Source: the human T2T-CHM13v2.0 reference genome, Homo sapiens
Length of the DNA stretch: 64,000 nucleotides
Direction: 5' to 3' (one strand)
NCBI RefSeq assembly: GCF_009914755.1
Contig: NC_060926.1
The notes beneath the pieces are model-generated. The model did no database searches. It was not told where the DNA came from and saw only the letters and a program-made list of their open reading frames with translations. This document shows positions 48,504-61,700 of the stretch, piece after piece; within the stretch, counting starts at the first letter, position 1; each line of letters begins with the position of its first letter. A program made the translations under genes and the position numbers.

Positions 48504-49873
48504 TTTTTTATTACACTTTAAGTTCTCGGGTACATGTGCACAATGTGCAGGTTTGTTACATATGTATACATATGCCATGTTCGTGTGTTGCACCCATTAA
48601 CTTGTCATTTACATTAGGTATATCTCCTAATGCTATCCCTCCCCCCTCCCCCACCCCATGACAGGCCCCCGTGTATGATGTTCCCCTTCCTGTGTCCAAG
48701 TGTTCTCAATGTTGAATTCCCACCTATGAGTGAGAACATGCGGTGTTTGGTTTTTTGTCCTTGTGATAGTTTGCTGAGAATGATGGTTTCCAGCTTCATC
48801 CATGTCCCTACAAAGGACATGAACTCATCCTTTTTTATGGCTGCAGAGTATTCCATGGTGTGTATGTGCCACATTTTCTTTTTTATTTTTATTTTATTTT
48901 TTATTTTATTATTATTAGTAGTAGTATACTTTAAGTTTTAGGGTACATGTGCACAATGTGCAGGTTAGTTACATATGTATACATGTGCCATGCTGGTGTG
49001 CTGTACCCATTAACTCGTCATTTAGCATTAGGTATATCTCCTAATGCTATTCCTCCCCCCTCCCCCCACCCCACAACAGTCCCCAGAGTGTGATGTTCCC
49101 CTTCCTGTGTCCATGTGTTCTCATTGTTCAATTCCCATCTATGAGTGAGAACATGTGGTGTTTGGTTTTTTGTCCTTGCGATAGTTTACTGAGAATGATG
49201 ATTTCCAATTTCATCCACGTCCCTACAAAGGACATGAACTCATCCTTTTCTCTGGCTGCAGAGTATTCCATGGTGTGTATGTGCCACATTTTCTTAATCC
49301 AGTCTATCATTGTTGGACATTTGGGTTGGTTCCAAGTCTTTGCTATTGTGAATAGTGCCGCAATAAACATACTTGTGCATGTGTCTTTATAGCAGCATGA
49401 TTTATAATCCTTTGGGTATATACCCAGTAATGGGATGGCTGGGTCAAATGGTATTTCTAGTTCTAGATCCCTGAGGAATCACCACACTGTCTTCCACAAT
49501 GTTGAACTAGTTTACAGTCCCACCAACAGTGTAAAAGTGTTCCTATTTCTCCACATCCTCTCCAGCACATGTTGTTTCCTGACTTTTTAATGATTGCCAT
49601 TCTATCTGGTGTGAGATGGTATCTCATTGTGGTTTTGATTTGCATTTCTCTGATGGCCAGTGATGATGAGCATTTTTTCATGTGTCTGTTGGGTGCATAA
49701 ATGTCTTCTTTTGAGAAGTGTCTGTTCATGTGCTTTGCCCACTTTTTGATGGGGTTGTTTTTTTCTTGTAAATTTGTTTGAGTTTTTTGTAGATTCTGGA
49801 TATTAGCCCTTTGTCAGATGAGTAGATTGCAAAAATTTTCTCCCATTCTGTAGGTTGCCTGTTCACTCTGATG
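48504..49873 (-). mobile_element. Composite L1PA: an older L1PA (PA4/5-like) containing a second L1PA3-like 3' end (~48881-49285)
   Basis: Two successive antisense L1 3' UTRs, each with its own poly(T); ORF2 C-terminal peptides on the - strand. Confidence 0.92.
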
Positions 49874-49937
49874 ATATTTTAATATGTCCAGATACTGCAT
49901 TTTACCAGGTGTAATATTTCTGATTTATCTTACTTAG

Positions 49938-50078
49938 GAAAGGGAATTCTTGAAGAATTATGTCCAGCGAATAGTTGATGTTCGACCCACCTTGGTTCTT
50001 GTTGAGAAAACAGTGTCTCGGATTGCCCAGGACATGTTATTGGAACATGGCATTACTTTGGTCATTAATGTAAAGTCA
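49938..50078 (+). CDS. PIKFYVE: PIKfyve exon 18 (EREFLKNYVQRIVDVRP...LVINVKS)
   Basis: acttag acceptor; TCA|gtgagt; 141 nt. Confidence 0.97.
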
Positions 50079-50706
50079 GTGAGTGTTTTTAATTTTCTAT
50101 TGTATTTTAAAAAAATCACAGCTTTTAAATTTATATGCACGTATGGTAGGTATACAAGAATCTTTTTTTCTTTGCTGTTCTATTTGTATTGAAAGTGGGA
50201 CAGAAGATATGGCACCTATTTCATTAAGATTCAGAATTTCAGACTGGAACTGGAAGAAAGTATAATTGATTATGTAATACTTATTGGTGTCTACAAGACC
50301 AAAAGTGAAATGGACATTAGTTAATCACTAGGTATTTGTTGATCCTTCGTTTTTGTTGGAGAATTGCTCAAGCAGAAAACGTTCTCTCCCTTGAAAAGTT
50401 TACCCTGTGCAGAACAGGGGCCAATTCTAGGAAGTTGTTTTTCTCCCCACATTATCTTGTGGTAATCCATGATGCTTAAGTGCATTTTTATAATGTTATT
50501 AATATGAGTAAGGCTTCAGTGGGCATATATTGATTACTAAGCAACTAAGTGTAGAAGAATCCAGAATAAAAAAATTCATCATATATTTATTAAAAAGGAA
50601 ATTTGTGAATGTTATTTTTTAATTTTTCCATTACTTTTCCAGATTAAATTTACAAAGATTTTTATTCTTCTCTAGTTTTGTAATACAATGTTTTTCTGTT
50701 TTGTAG

Positions 50707-50833
50707 CAAGTTTTGGAACGAATCAGTCGAATGACCCAAGGTGATTTAGTGATGTCAATGGACCAGCTGCTTACGAAACCACACCTGGGCACTTGTCACA
50801 AATTTTATATGCAGATATTTCAGTTGCCTAATG
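50707..50833 (+). CDS. PIKFYVE: PIKfyve exon 19 (QVLERISRMTQGDL...IFQLPN)
   Basis: ttgtag acceptor; G|gtgagt; 127 nt. Confidence 0.97.
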
Positions 50834-51065
50834 GTGAGTGATCTTTAGCATAGATTGACCTGAGGAAAAGAGTTAACTTATCACTACTACAATGTTTACT
50901 TACTAGGAAATACCTATTAATAGTGGGTAAGTGAGGATAGGCAACTGTGATCTTATTCATGTAAGAGTTTTTCTTTTACAGATGTTAAGAGAGTGAATTA
51001 ATTCTATTTGTACTTCTGGATTGCCACCTCCACCATCTTAACTTTCTGTTTGTTTTTGTTTGTAG

Positions 51066-52225
51066 AACAAACCAAGACACTGATGTTTTTTGAAGGTTGT
51101 CCACAGCACCTAGGCTGTACAATCAAGCTAAGAGGAGGCTCTGATTATGAGCTGGCTCGAGTTAAGGAGATCCTAATATTTATGATCTGTGTTGCTTATC
51201 ATTCTCAACTAGAAATATCCTTTCTCATGGATGAATTTGCTATGCCTCCCACATTAATGCAAAACCCTTCATTCCATTCCCTGATTGAGGGACGAGGGCA
51301 TGAGGGGGCTGTCCAAGAGCAGTACGGTGGAGGTTCCATCCCCTGGGATCCTGACATCCCTCCTGAGTCTCTGCCCTGTGATGATAGCAGTTTGCTGGAA
51401 TCGAGGATTGTGTTTGAGAAGGGTGAGCAGGAAAATAAAAATCTTCCGCAGGCTGTTGCCTCTGTGAAGCATCAAGAACATAGCACAACAGCTTGCCCGG
51501 CGGGTCTCCCTTGTGCTTTCTTTGCACCTGTACCGGAATCATTGTTGCCACTCCCTGTGGATGACCAACAAGATGCTTTAGGCAGCGAGCTGCCAGAGAG
51601 TTTGCAGCAAACAGTTGTGCTGCAGGATCCCAAAAGCCAGATAAGAGCCTTTAGAGACCCTCTACAGGATGACACTGGATTATATGTTACTGAGGAAGTC
51701 ACCTCCTCTGAAGATAAACGAAAGACTTATTCTTTGGCCTTTAAGCAGGAATTAAAAGATGTGATCCTCTGTATCTCCCCAGTAATCACATTCCGAGAAC
51801 CCTTTCTTTTAACTGAAAAGGGGATGAGATGCTCTACCCGAGATTATTTTGCAGAGCAGGTTTACTGGTCTCCTCTCCTCAATAAAGAATTCAAAGAAAT
51901 GGAGAACAGGAGGAAGAAACAGCTGCTCAGGGATCTCTCTGGACTTCAGGGCATGAATGGAAGTATTCAGGCCAAGTCTATTCAAGTCTTACCCTCACAT
52001 GAGCTAGTGAGCACTAGAATTGCTGAGCATCTGGGCGATAGCCAGAGCTTGGGTAGAATGCTGGCCGATTATCGAGCCAGAGGAGGAAGAATTCAGCCCA
52101 AAAATTCAGACCCTTTTGCTCATTCAAAGGATGCATCAAGTACTTCAAGTGGCAAATCAGGAAGCAAAAACGAGGGTGATGAAGAGAGAGGGCTTATTCT
52201 GAGTGATGCTGTGTGGTCAACAAAG
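51066..52225 (+). CDS. PIKFYVE: PIKfyve exon 20, large 1160-nt exon (EQTKTLMFFEGCP...GCTIKLRGGS...DAVWSTK)
   Basis: Lies within the 412-aa ORF 51008-52246; tgtag acceptor; AAG|gtgagc; end of CCT-like domain plus long linker. Confidence 0.98.
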
Positions 52226-53975
52226 GTGAGCCAGACCACTTTCTGATGCTCCTGTGCATTTAGGATGTGTTGAATGACTCCTCAAAGGCAGGCTAAAAAA
52301 ATCAGTTTGGCAGACTGCATGCAGATTTGTGAAATATTTCTTCTCCTATGCTATTTTTGTTTTTGTCTTGAGTCTGCTGGCTTATGTGTTACTTTAATAT
52401 GTATGAAGCAGAATTGTAATGAAACTGGGTTTCAGGGTTTTAAGGTGAGCTTATAATAAGCTAGGAAGATCCCTGAAGTAAGGGGAAATGTGGAGCTGCT
52501 TAAAATTTCTGACAACATGACTTGGATGTGGTATGATAATCCTGGATCCTTGTGTCAGGGAGTGAGAGATGGAAGCTTATTGTAGGAAATAGATGTGTTT
52601 TTTTAAAAAAGTTAGCAGCAAATATATTTGTTTTCTCAAAAAAAGTTAGCTCTTTTTTTAACATAAAACATTTTACCTTGTTATTTAACTATGACAGTGA
52701 TCTTTTTCTTTTTAGGCATAAATTGAGAGCAAATTAAGGAAGGTTTATAGATCCATTATTGATAATGGTAGCAATAAAACTAATTAACAAATCCATTGCT
52801 AGATGAGGAAATGCAATTGTTTAATAAAACGAAAAGATGTCCAATTTCGCCAGTAGTCAAGGAAGTGCTAAATAATGTATGTTCAATTTCACTAGTAGTC
52901 AAGGAAGTGCTAAATAATAGTGGTGCTAAATAATTTTTTATTTGTCAGATTGACAAAAAGGAAAGTCGTAAAAGACCCATGGTTAATGATGGCATGGAAA
53001 AACACCTTTCATAAATTTTATGTAAGTTTATACAAATGTAGGTATATGTACATTTGTATAAATTTATAGAAAGTGATAGGAAAGTCTCCATTAATTTACA
53101 CATACATGTATATACCTTTGACCCAGGACTCCAACTTTTTATAATCTATCCTGCAGAAATAATTAAGTATGCTTATATAAGGGTGCTTGCATTTTTTAAG
53201 AATATATGTACAAAGATGTTTATTGAAACAGTTTAAGGATGAGCAGGATCTCAAGTCATTTAATGACTTGGATAAAGCCCATGATATATTTGAAGTGTTA
53301 AAAAGCAAATTATGTTTTAATATGTGTTGCATTATTCCATATTTATAAAAACAAAACCCCCTGTTTGTACTTAGGAAGTGATGTGTGTATGTGGGACAGG
53401 TATGTAAACTAGCAAAAAGAATAGATATTTTAAAACCACAGAGTCAAACTCCTCAGCTTAGGAGGTGGAGTAGAATCAGGAGGAGCAGTTTTGTGTATTT
53501 TATGAACTTCTTCATATGCTTCTATACTATTTCAATTTTAACAGAGAGCTGGTTTTACCTTTGTAATGATCAAAAACAGCCATAAGCATAGATAAATAAA
53601 CACTTTAGAATTTAGATTTCTGGGTGTCTCAGATTGATGTTATATCCCATCAGTTCAGACTGTTAAATATGGGTATATTTAATTAATTTTTTTCCAAAAT
53701 AATTTAGTGCAGTTGTGTAAAATAAAGAGTAAGTTAAGAAAACAAGCTATCTAGACATTGTTTTGTATTTTTAAGTTTAATTGAAACTTTTTGGGTTGTC
53801 TTTTCTCAAAAACCAACTGCCCTTCCTTATATTTAGTTTTCTGTAGTTTTAAATCTTGACCAGAGCCCCCACAGTGATAATTGGAGGCTTTACAAATAGA
53901 GTGGAGTGTGTTTGGTGCATTGGGGTTGAATGCGGTTGCAGTCACTTGCTCATCCATTCATTCCTTCTATTTCAG

Positions 53976-54076
53976 GTGGACTGTCTGAATCCCATTAATC
54001 ACCAGAGACTTTGTGTGCTCTTCAGCAGCTCTTCTGCCCAGTCCAGCAATGCTCCTAGTGCCTGTGTCAGTCCTTG
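53976..54076 (+). CDS. PIKFYVE: PIKfyve exon 21 (VDCLNPINHQRLCVLFSS...CVSP)
   Basis: ttcag acceptor; TG|gtagga; 101 nt. Confidence 0.96.
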
Positions 54077-54325
54077 GTAGGATTCTTTTCCCCCTACACT
54101 ATTCCACATAAGAACAGAATTCCAGCAATTAAAAAAAAACAAAAACAAAAAAACAGTCATTAGGACCTGTATTTAGGTACACAGCACACTGCTGGTCATA
54201 TATGAATTGATAGAACTTTTAAACTTGTGAAGTAAATATGAAAATACATGTTTGTTAATGAGTAGAAGTAAATGAGAGTATATTAAGAGTGAAAAAAGTG
54301 TGAGGGATAGAAGAGGAATTTGTAT

Positions 54326-54682
54326 TGGTTGACTTTCCCTTATCTGAAATGCTTGGGACCAGAAGTGTTTTGGATTTAATATTTTTTCAAATTTGGAAAT
54401 ACTTGCATATACTTAATGAGTTATCTTGGGGATGGGACCCAAGTCTAAACATGAAATTCATTTGTGTTTCATATACACCTTGTACACGTAGCCTGAAGTT
54501 AATTTTATATAAGATTTGTAATAATTTTATGTATAAAACAAAGTTTGTATACATTGAACCACCAGAAAGCAAAGGTTTCAGTTGTGGAATTTCCCTCTTG
54601 TGGTACCATATCAGGACTCAAAAGTTTCAGATTTTGGAGCATTTTGGATTTTGGATTTTCAGATTAGGGATGCCCAACCTGT
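54326..54682. mobile_element. Tigger4/MER46 (Zombi) DNA transposon
   Basis: Termini ggttgactttcccttatctgaaa / tttcagattagggatgcccaacctg. Confidence 0.8.
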
Positions 54683-55637
54683 ACTTAAAAATGTGAGAAA
54701 GTTGACACACAAAAAGCTTGTTTATAAGCATTTTGATGATAGCATGTACAATTTAGGCAGGTTTTCCTTCAGGCATAATTTTTATAAAAGCAGTCAACCT
54801 TTTGCTTTATTAATGGGTTTTAGTCTAAAACTTAAGTAGATTGATAGAAACTGAAATACATTTTATGTTTTAAATTATTTTTTTCAAATTATTGTCACAA
54901 AAACCTCACACAGACATACATAGCCTTACATTACATGTTCACCTTTAGTTTTAAAAGTACTATGGAACATAACTTCTTGTTTGGGGGCACTGTCTCCATG
55001 CCAGAACATATTCTGTGTTTTAATTTTGGATAACTGAAACACTTATTTCCAGCAGTGAGCTCATGGGTTCTTCTAGTAGTATAGCTTCAGCAGGAAGACT
55101 TGGGAGTGGCAGAACCCATGGGAATTTTCTCTGGGAGTTTATATATAGGTCAAGGCTTGAATAAGATGTGGATTTCAACAGTTATATAGCCAAACTGTCT
55201 TGTGAGCATTTATAGGTTAGATAAAAAGTTAGAAACTGGCACTTTAGCAAGAACTGCTGTTTTCCATGCTCAGTAAAGGCATGGACAAGAGAGTAGGAGA
55301 CCAGAGTCCCACCTTGTGCTGACAGGGCTTAAGCCTTTGTAAAGGAAACCTTTACCTCTTCTTAACTCAGATCAGTTTTACTAAATTAATATTATAGTTT
55401 ATGCATCCTCATTAGTTTCATAAGACACTAGTGGATTGGGAGTGAAAAAGATGCTTTAGTGTGGCAAGTCTAAACTTGTTTTATTAAAACCTGTTTCATA
55501 ACAACAAAGAACATTACCTCCTTTCATACTTCATTGTAAGTACCATACATTTAATAGGTAATCATAATTTGTGGTCTCATGAAATGTCTCTGGGGCATGG
55601 TAATTCTTATGTTTCTAAGAGGTGGTCTCTTCTTTAG

Positions 55638-55709
55638 GATTGTAACAATGGAATTTTATGGAAAGAATGATCTTACATTAGGAATATTTTTAGAGAGATA
55701 CTGTTTCAG
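55638..55709 (+). CDS. PIKFYVE: PIKfyve exon 22 (IVTMEFYGKNDLTLGIFLERYCF)
   Basis: ctttag acceptor; AG|gtaaga; 72 nt. Confidence 0.96.
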
Positions 55710-56318
55710 GTAAGAACATATTTCTTCCTTCTGTTCCATTACACATTTTTGATGCTCAAAATTTCAACCTAAAACGTAAACATGAGTCGGATGTTAAGTG
55801 ACTGTTACATGATCCTCACTTTCATAGTGCATATCAGAGTATATCATTCAAAGAAGTAATAATCTATTTCATATTTAAACTGAGATCTCTTATCCAGAAC
55901 ATCCCTCATATCTCTGCCCATCTAATTACCCTACCATCAACATTTTTCGGATACCTGTTTTTTTACAGTGATTCAAATGAGAGGTAAAATGTTGGAATCA
56001 TCTAGACCTCAGTTTAAGTCTTAGCATCATCACTCGCCACTTATATGACAAAGCACTTTACTAGTCCCCTTTATAGGGAATAACAATCCCTAGAATTATC
56101 AGAAGGTAAAAGGAAATGTTTTAAAATTGTTTGGCAAATAGAAGGTGCTTAACAAATGGAAACTATCACCATGCTGTAGCTGAAGACGATGTTCAGCTGC
56201 AGGCCCAGAGCAGCATGAGTACCTTGTGCAGATTGTTCACTAGTCATGCTGCACTTTGACAGTGGTTCTGATTTCTGTTTCATGCTTAATGTGAGAAGGG
56301 CTCTTTTGTTTGTCAAAG

Positions 56319-56490
56319 GCCTTCTTATCAGTGTCCAAGCATGTTCTGTGATACCCCCATGGTACATCATATTCGGCGCTTTGTTCATGGCCAAGGCTGT
56401 GTGCAGATAATCCTGAAGGAGTTGGATTCTCCAGTACCTGGATATCAGCATACAATTCTTACATATTCCTGGTGTAGAATCTGCAAACAG
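56319..56490 (+). CDS. PIKFYVE: PIKfyve exon 23, Cys/His-rich region (PSYQCPSMFC...SWCRICKQ)
   Basis: tcaaag acceptor; CAG|gtaaat; 172 nt. Confidence 0.96.
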
Positions 56491-57177
56491 GTAAATAGAC
56501 CCTATTACTATATTTTGTTTGCCATTTATTTCTTTATTTGTATGTTTTTTTTTTTTCCTGAGGAGAAGGTTTCCTATATGGTACTGGATTCGTTATTTGT
56601 TATAGAGCTCTATTTGTCATTGTTATTTTACCTTCCAGTGCTGTATGTTCAATCTAGTATTCGTTTTTTGAAGATCCCATCTTAGGAATGTATCAGTCAT
56701 TAAATAAAATACAAGTGCCTTATACAGTAAAGTATCTTGAGGTTGTATCATGACATATCTCAATTTTGTTTATTCATTCAACAAACATTTAGCACCATTT
56801 ATGTGCCAGATACTGTGCTAGGCCCTAGGAATGAAAAAAAGAATAAGGAATGACTTCTGTTCTCTAGGGGAGGAGACGGACTTGTAAAGCAATAACTGCA
56901 GTATATTAGGATATTTGTATAATAAATTCGAGCCTATGTGAGCATTTCTATTCACATACAGATGAGACCATGTTGAAATTGATCTCTATTGGTTTTTATG
57001 CATGTTCTTGAGAAAAGGACATGTGTTTTGTTTCTTCTTTGTGCCTTTCTTTACTTTTCTAACTCTGGGGCAAAAATTTGGTGCCAATATTGTGTTTTTT
57101 TAAAATATATGATTTTTATCCAGACTGCTTGCAATCTGGATAAAATATTCCAAATTTAACTTATTACCTTAATTAGG

Positions 57178-57474
57178 TTCTTTCTTTCTTTTTTGAGACA
57201 GAGTCTTGCTCTGTCGCCCAGTCTGGAGTGCAGTCGTGTGATCTCTGCTCACTGCAACCTCTGTCTCCTGAGTTCAAGCTGTTCTCTGCCTCAGCCTCTG
57301 GAGTAGCTGGGACTACAGGCATGCGCCACTATGCCCAGCTAATTTTTGTATTTTTAATAGAGACAAGGTTTCACTACGTTAGCCAGGCTGGTCTCAAACT
57401 CCTGACCTCGGGTGATCGCCCACCTTGGCCTCCCAAAGTGTTGGGATTACAGGCCTGAGCCACAGCGCCTGGCC
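57178..57474 (-). mobile_element. Alu (AluS-like)
   Basis: Antisense Alu; TSD-like ccttaatt.ggtt. Confidence 0.9.
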
Positions 57475-58691
57475 TTAATTGGGTTATTTCAAAGTGTGCT
57501 TTTGGAAGGCACATATGGGAATTATATATAAAATAATAGCACGACCTACATTAATCAGTGGTAGAGAAGGGCAAAATCAAAGTTGCACCTGCAGCAGCAA
57601 ACATACAGACATAAAATTATTTCTAGCAATTCTCAGTCTTAGTTTCATAATTGTTCTTACCGACTTTAGTTCCTATTAGTTAGCTGGTAATAGTTTGTTG
57701 TAGAATATGTTAACTGGGTAGACTGACCATGGTACTAAATGAATAACTTAAATTTGATCTTTATGACTTACATGCTTTGCTATATGCACTTTATTTTGAA
57801 ACAAAAACTTCTGCTTTTTTATGCTAGAAAGGAAAAGGTAAGTTTTGTTACACTAAAATGAAAAACTTCCAGTGTCAAGGAAAAATACAACATATATGAC
57901 TAAACATAAATATATATAATATCAAATTTCTATGAGCCATGATAATAGAAAAATGGGCAGAGGACATGACAATGCAATTTAATGCAAATGGCTACTAAAC
58001 AAATAAATAAATGTTATTCATTAGTAGTCAGATAAGCATAAATCAGTAAAATCTCTTTAAAATTTTTTCTTTAGGAGGTTACATTTCAAAAATTTCAATT
58101 CTGATTCCTAGGATTGGGTAAGAAAGTGGGGGAAATTGATATTCTTAAATATTGTTGGAGACTGTATACACTGGTGCACTTGTTTTGGAAGATAATGTGG
58201 CAAAAATTATCAAAGATCATATAAATGTTTATGCCCTTTGACTTACCAATTCCCACCTTTATTAATTTATCCCACGGGAATAATTGTGGATATTTGTAAA
58301 TATGTATATACAAGGATGTTCATCAGAACATCATCTCAGTATGGAAAAACTTGTAATGTCTTAAAGGCACATCAGTAAGGATTGGTTCAATACATGTCCA
58401 GATACTCTGAAGCCATTTGAAAAGTTGTGCAAGAATATTTTATGTGGGAAAATATTCACGATATATTGCTAAGTAAAAGATTATGAAACTATAGGAGTTT
58501 TTATTTACAAATATACTGGCTGTGTGTGTGTCCATGTATGTATGTATATATGTATATGTGTGTGTGTGTATATATATATATAAATACATCAAAAATAAAC
58601 ATATACTAGTATATTGATGTTGTTGGTGGATTTATTGGTAATGCTGCTCTCCTCCACCACCCCCAAGTCCACCCACCTTTGAACTTTCTCA

Positions 58692-59292
<601 letters not shown>

Positions 59293-59587
59293 GTAAGAAA
59301 TCCTAGGAATCTTGTGCATGATCTCAGATCTCATAATCCCTTAAGAATTTTTTTAACATTTTCACCATTACTAGATTGAATTAATTTGTGGGATTCCCCA
59401 TTTATACCCTTATAAATGCAGAGGACCAGACTGTATTAAGAACTTTCAGTATTATTTTATTTACTCTTTACCCTACAAAATAGTTCTTATTATCCTCACT
59501 TACAGAGCTTACGATCATTCACTTACAGAGCTCTCAAGTGGTGGAGTAATGATTTGAACCTTGGTCGATCTACTACCAGCCTCACTC

Positions 59588-59746
59588 TTTTTTTAAAAAA
59601 AGTTTTAATATAGAAATTTTAGAAAAATATGAGACAGGATCTCACTGTTACCCAGGCTGGTCTTGAAGTGTGCTCAAGTGATTCTCCTGCCTCGGCCTTT
59701 CAAAGTGTGGGGATTAGAAGTGTGAGCCATCATGTCGGGCCCTGGC
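59588..59746 (-). mobile_element. Alu monomer (FLAM-like)
   Basis: Left arm, antisense. Confidence 0.7.
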
Positions 59747-59919
59747 CTAACTCTTAACCATTGTTTTGGCATCTGATGGCATCTGAAAGTCTGTCAGAAT
59801 TTTTGCCAAGATATTAACCATCAGAAGGATAATCACATATTTCTGATAGAGCTAAAAGTCTGTGTTCAAAGAATTGATAGTTGCCATTGTGGTATTAAAT
59901 AATTTGAGACAGCCTTCAG

Positions 59920-60620
59920 GTTCTGCCTTCAAAATATATCAAGAGTCTGAGCACTTTTTACCAACTCTACCACTACCACTTTGGGCTGAGCCTCTGTTAT
60001 CTTTCACCTGGATTATTGTAGTAGCCTTAGCAGTCTCCCTTTGGCCTTGTCCCTTTAGCCTCTTCTCAACACAGCAGTCAGAGTGGTTCTGTTAAGGGGC
60101 AATCAGCTAAGGCCACTCCTCTGCTCTAGACACTCCAAAGGGTGTCTGTTTCACCTGGAGTGAAAGCCAAAGTCCATTTACTGGCCTTTAATCTACCTGC
60201 ACTGGCTGCCCAGGACCTCTCTGCTCTTACCTCCTACTGCTCTCTCTTCACTCATCCTGCTGCTGCCCCACTGGCCTCCTGACTGGGCCTCAGGTATGTC
60301 AGGTAGGTTGCTGCCTGGGAGCCTTGTACTTGTTCTTCCCTCTCTGAATTGCTCATTCCCCAGATATCTGCTTGTTGCTTCCTTGTGTCTTACAAGTCTT
60401 TGCTCACATTTCACCTGCCCTGACACTCCCCCATCCTAGCACTCTGCTTCTCTTGCTATATTTTTCTCCATAGTACTGAACATCTGATATGTATTTGTTT
60501 TGTTTGTTACCTGAATCTTGTTTTTCCTAAATTATGAGAACAGGAATTGTTAGTGTTATATCCTCAGCACCTAAAACAGTGTCTGGCACATAATAGACCC
60601 TCAGGGGATATTTGCTAATT
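59920..60620 (-). mobile_element. L2 3' part
   Basis: tcacctggattattgtagtagcct..cag.ctccct ... cctcagcacctaaaacagtgtctggcacataatag. Confidence 0.8.
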
Positions 60621-61104
60621 AGAGCTTATTTCCTTTTTTAAGCAAGAGTTTTTAACCGTGCATGTAGGGCCTTGCGGGGGAGTTGGGTTGTAGCATTTAT
60701 TAGTCGATATAAACCCTCAGGTGGAAAGGAAACCAAAGACTCATGAAGAATCTTCAGGAGGTGGAAAGTAATGAATACCTACAATTAGGTGTAGGTATTT
60801 TAGTTTCCTTATTAATAGGGATGGTTTATAACAATCGTTTTTGGTTTTACAGCAGGTAAGGATAACTTCAAGGGATAAATGATGGTACTACAGCATAATG
60901 AAAGATAAAACAAAATCCCTCCAGAATTGGGGAGGATATTTATTGTAACAGCTAAAAATTATTTTTGTGATTGTTTTAAAATACGATTTTATAGAAACTT
61001 TTCCTCTTATGCCTCATAGGATATAGTTGAACATCATGATACAGCTCTATTCAAGATATTAAGCTATTTTTCATTTTCTATTGGTCCTTGTATTTTCTTC
61101 TCAG

Positions 61105-61218
61105 TTATTCTCCCATTCGGCTTCTTGAAGTATGTGTTCCACTCCCCAAAATATTCATTAAGCGTCAGGCCCCATTAAAAGTGTCCCTTCTTCAGGATCT
61201 GAAGGACTTCTTTCAAAA
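61105..61218 (+). CDS. PIKFYVE: PIKfyve exon 25 (YSPIRLLEVCVP...KDFFQ)
   Basis: tctcag acceptor; AA|gtaagt; 114 nt. Confidence 0.95.
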
Positions 61219-61591
61219 GTAAGTTCAGTTTCTTTTATCATCTTTTTTTGTTTATTTACAGCTATTTTAAAGTATCAGATTTATTCATTTTATTTTCTTT
61301 GAAAATGTAAATTTTCTAATTGTATGCTATGCATGCTTGGTGTACAAAAAGAAAATTGTAGACGCTATGGAAAGATAATAAAAAAGAAGCCAAACTCTTT
61401 TAGACATAACAACTTAAAATTTTGAAGTACATCCTTTTAGGTCTTATTTACTCTGCAAAACTGTATGTCATTCTTAATTAGGTAAAACATAATTTCAATT
61501 ACATTTTGCATGTAGCTTTTTTTTCTATTTATGTGAGATAGAAAATTTGATTCACCCTTTCTAAAGTGTTTAATGCTCTCGCTATTGTTAG

Positions 61592-61700
61592 AGTTTCACA
61601 GGTATATGTTGCCATTGATGAAAGACTTGCATCTTTGAAAACTGATACATTTAGTAAAACAAGAGAGGAAAAAATGGAAGATATTTTTGCACAGAAAGAG
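61592..61700 (+). CDS. PIKFYVE: PIKfyve exon 26 (VSQVYVAIDERL...IFAQKE)
   Basis: gttag acceptor; GAG|gtaatt; 109 nt. Confidence 0.95.

Noticed and set aside
51008-51065. N-terminal extension of the 412-aa ORF as a separate start
   Set aside because: Intronic pyrimidine tract that happens to be open; the exon begins after tgtag at 51066
51240-51702. Antisense and alternative-frame ORFs over exon 20
   Set aside because: Expected shadow ORFs of a long, more GC-rich coding exon; no independent signals
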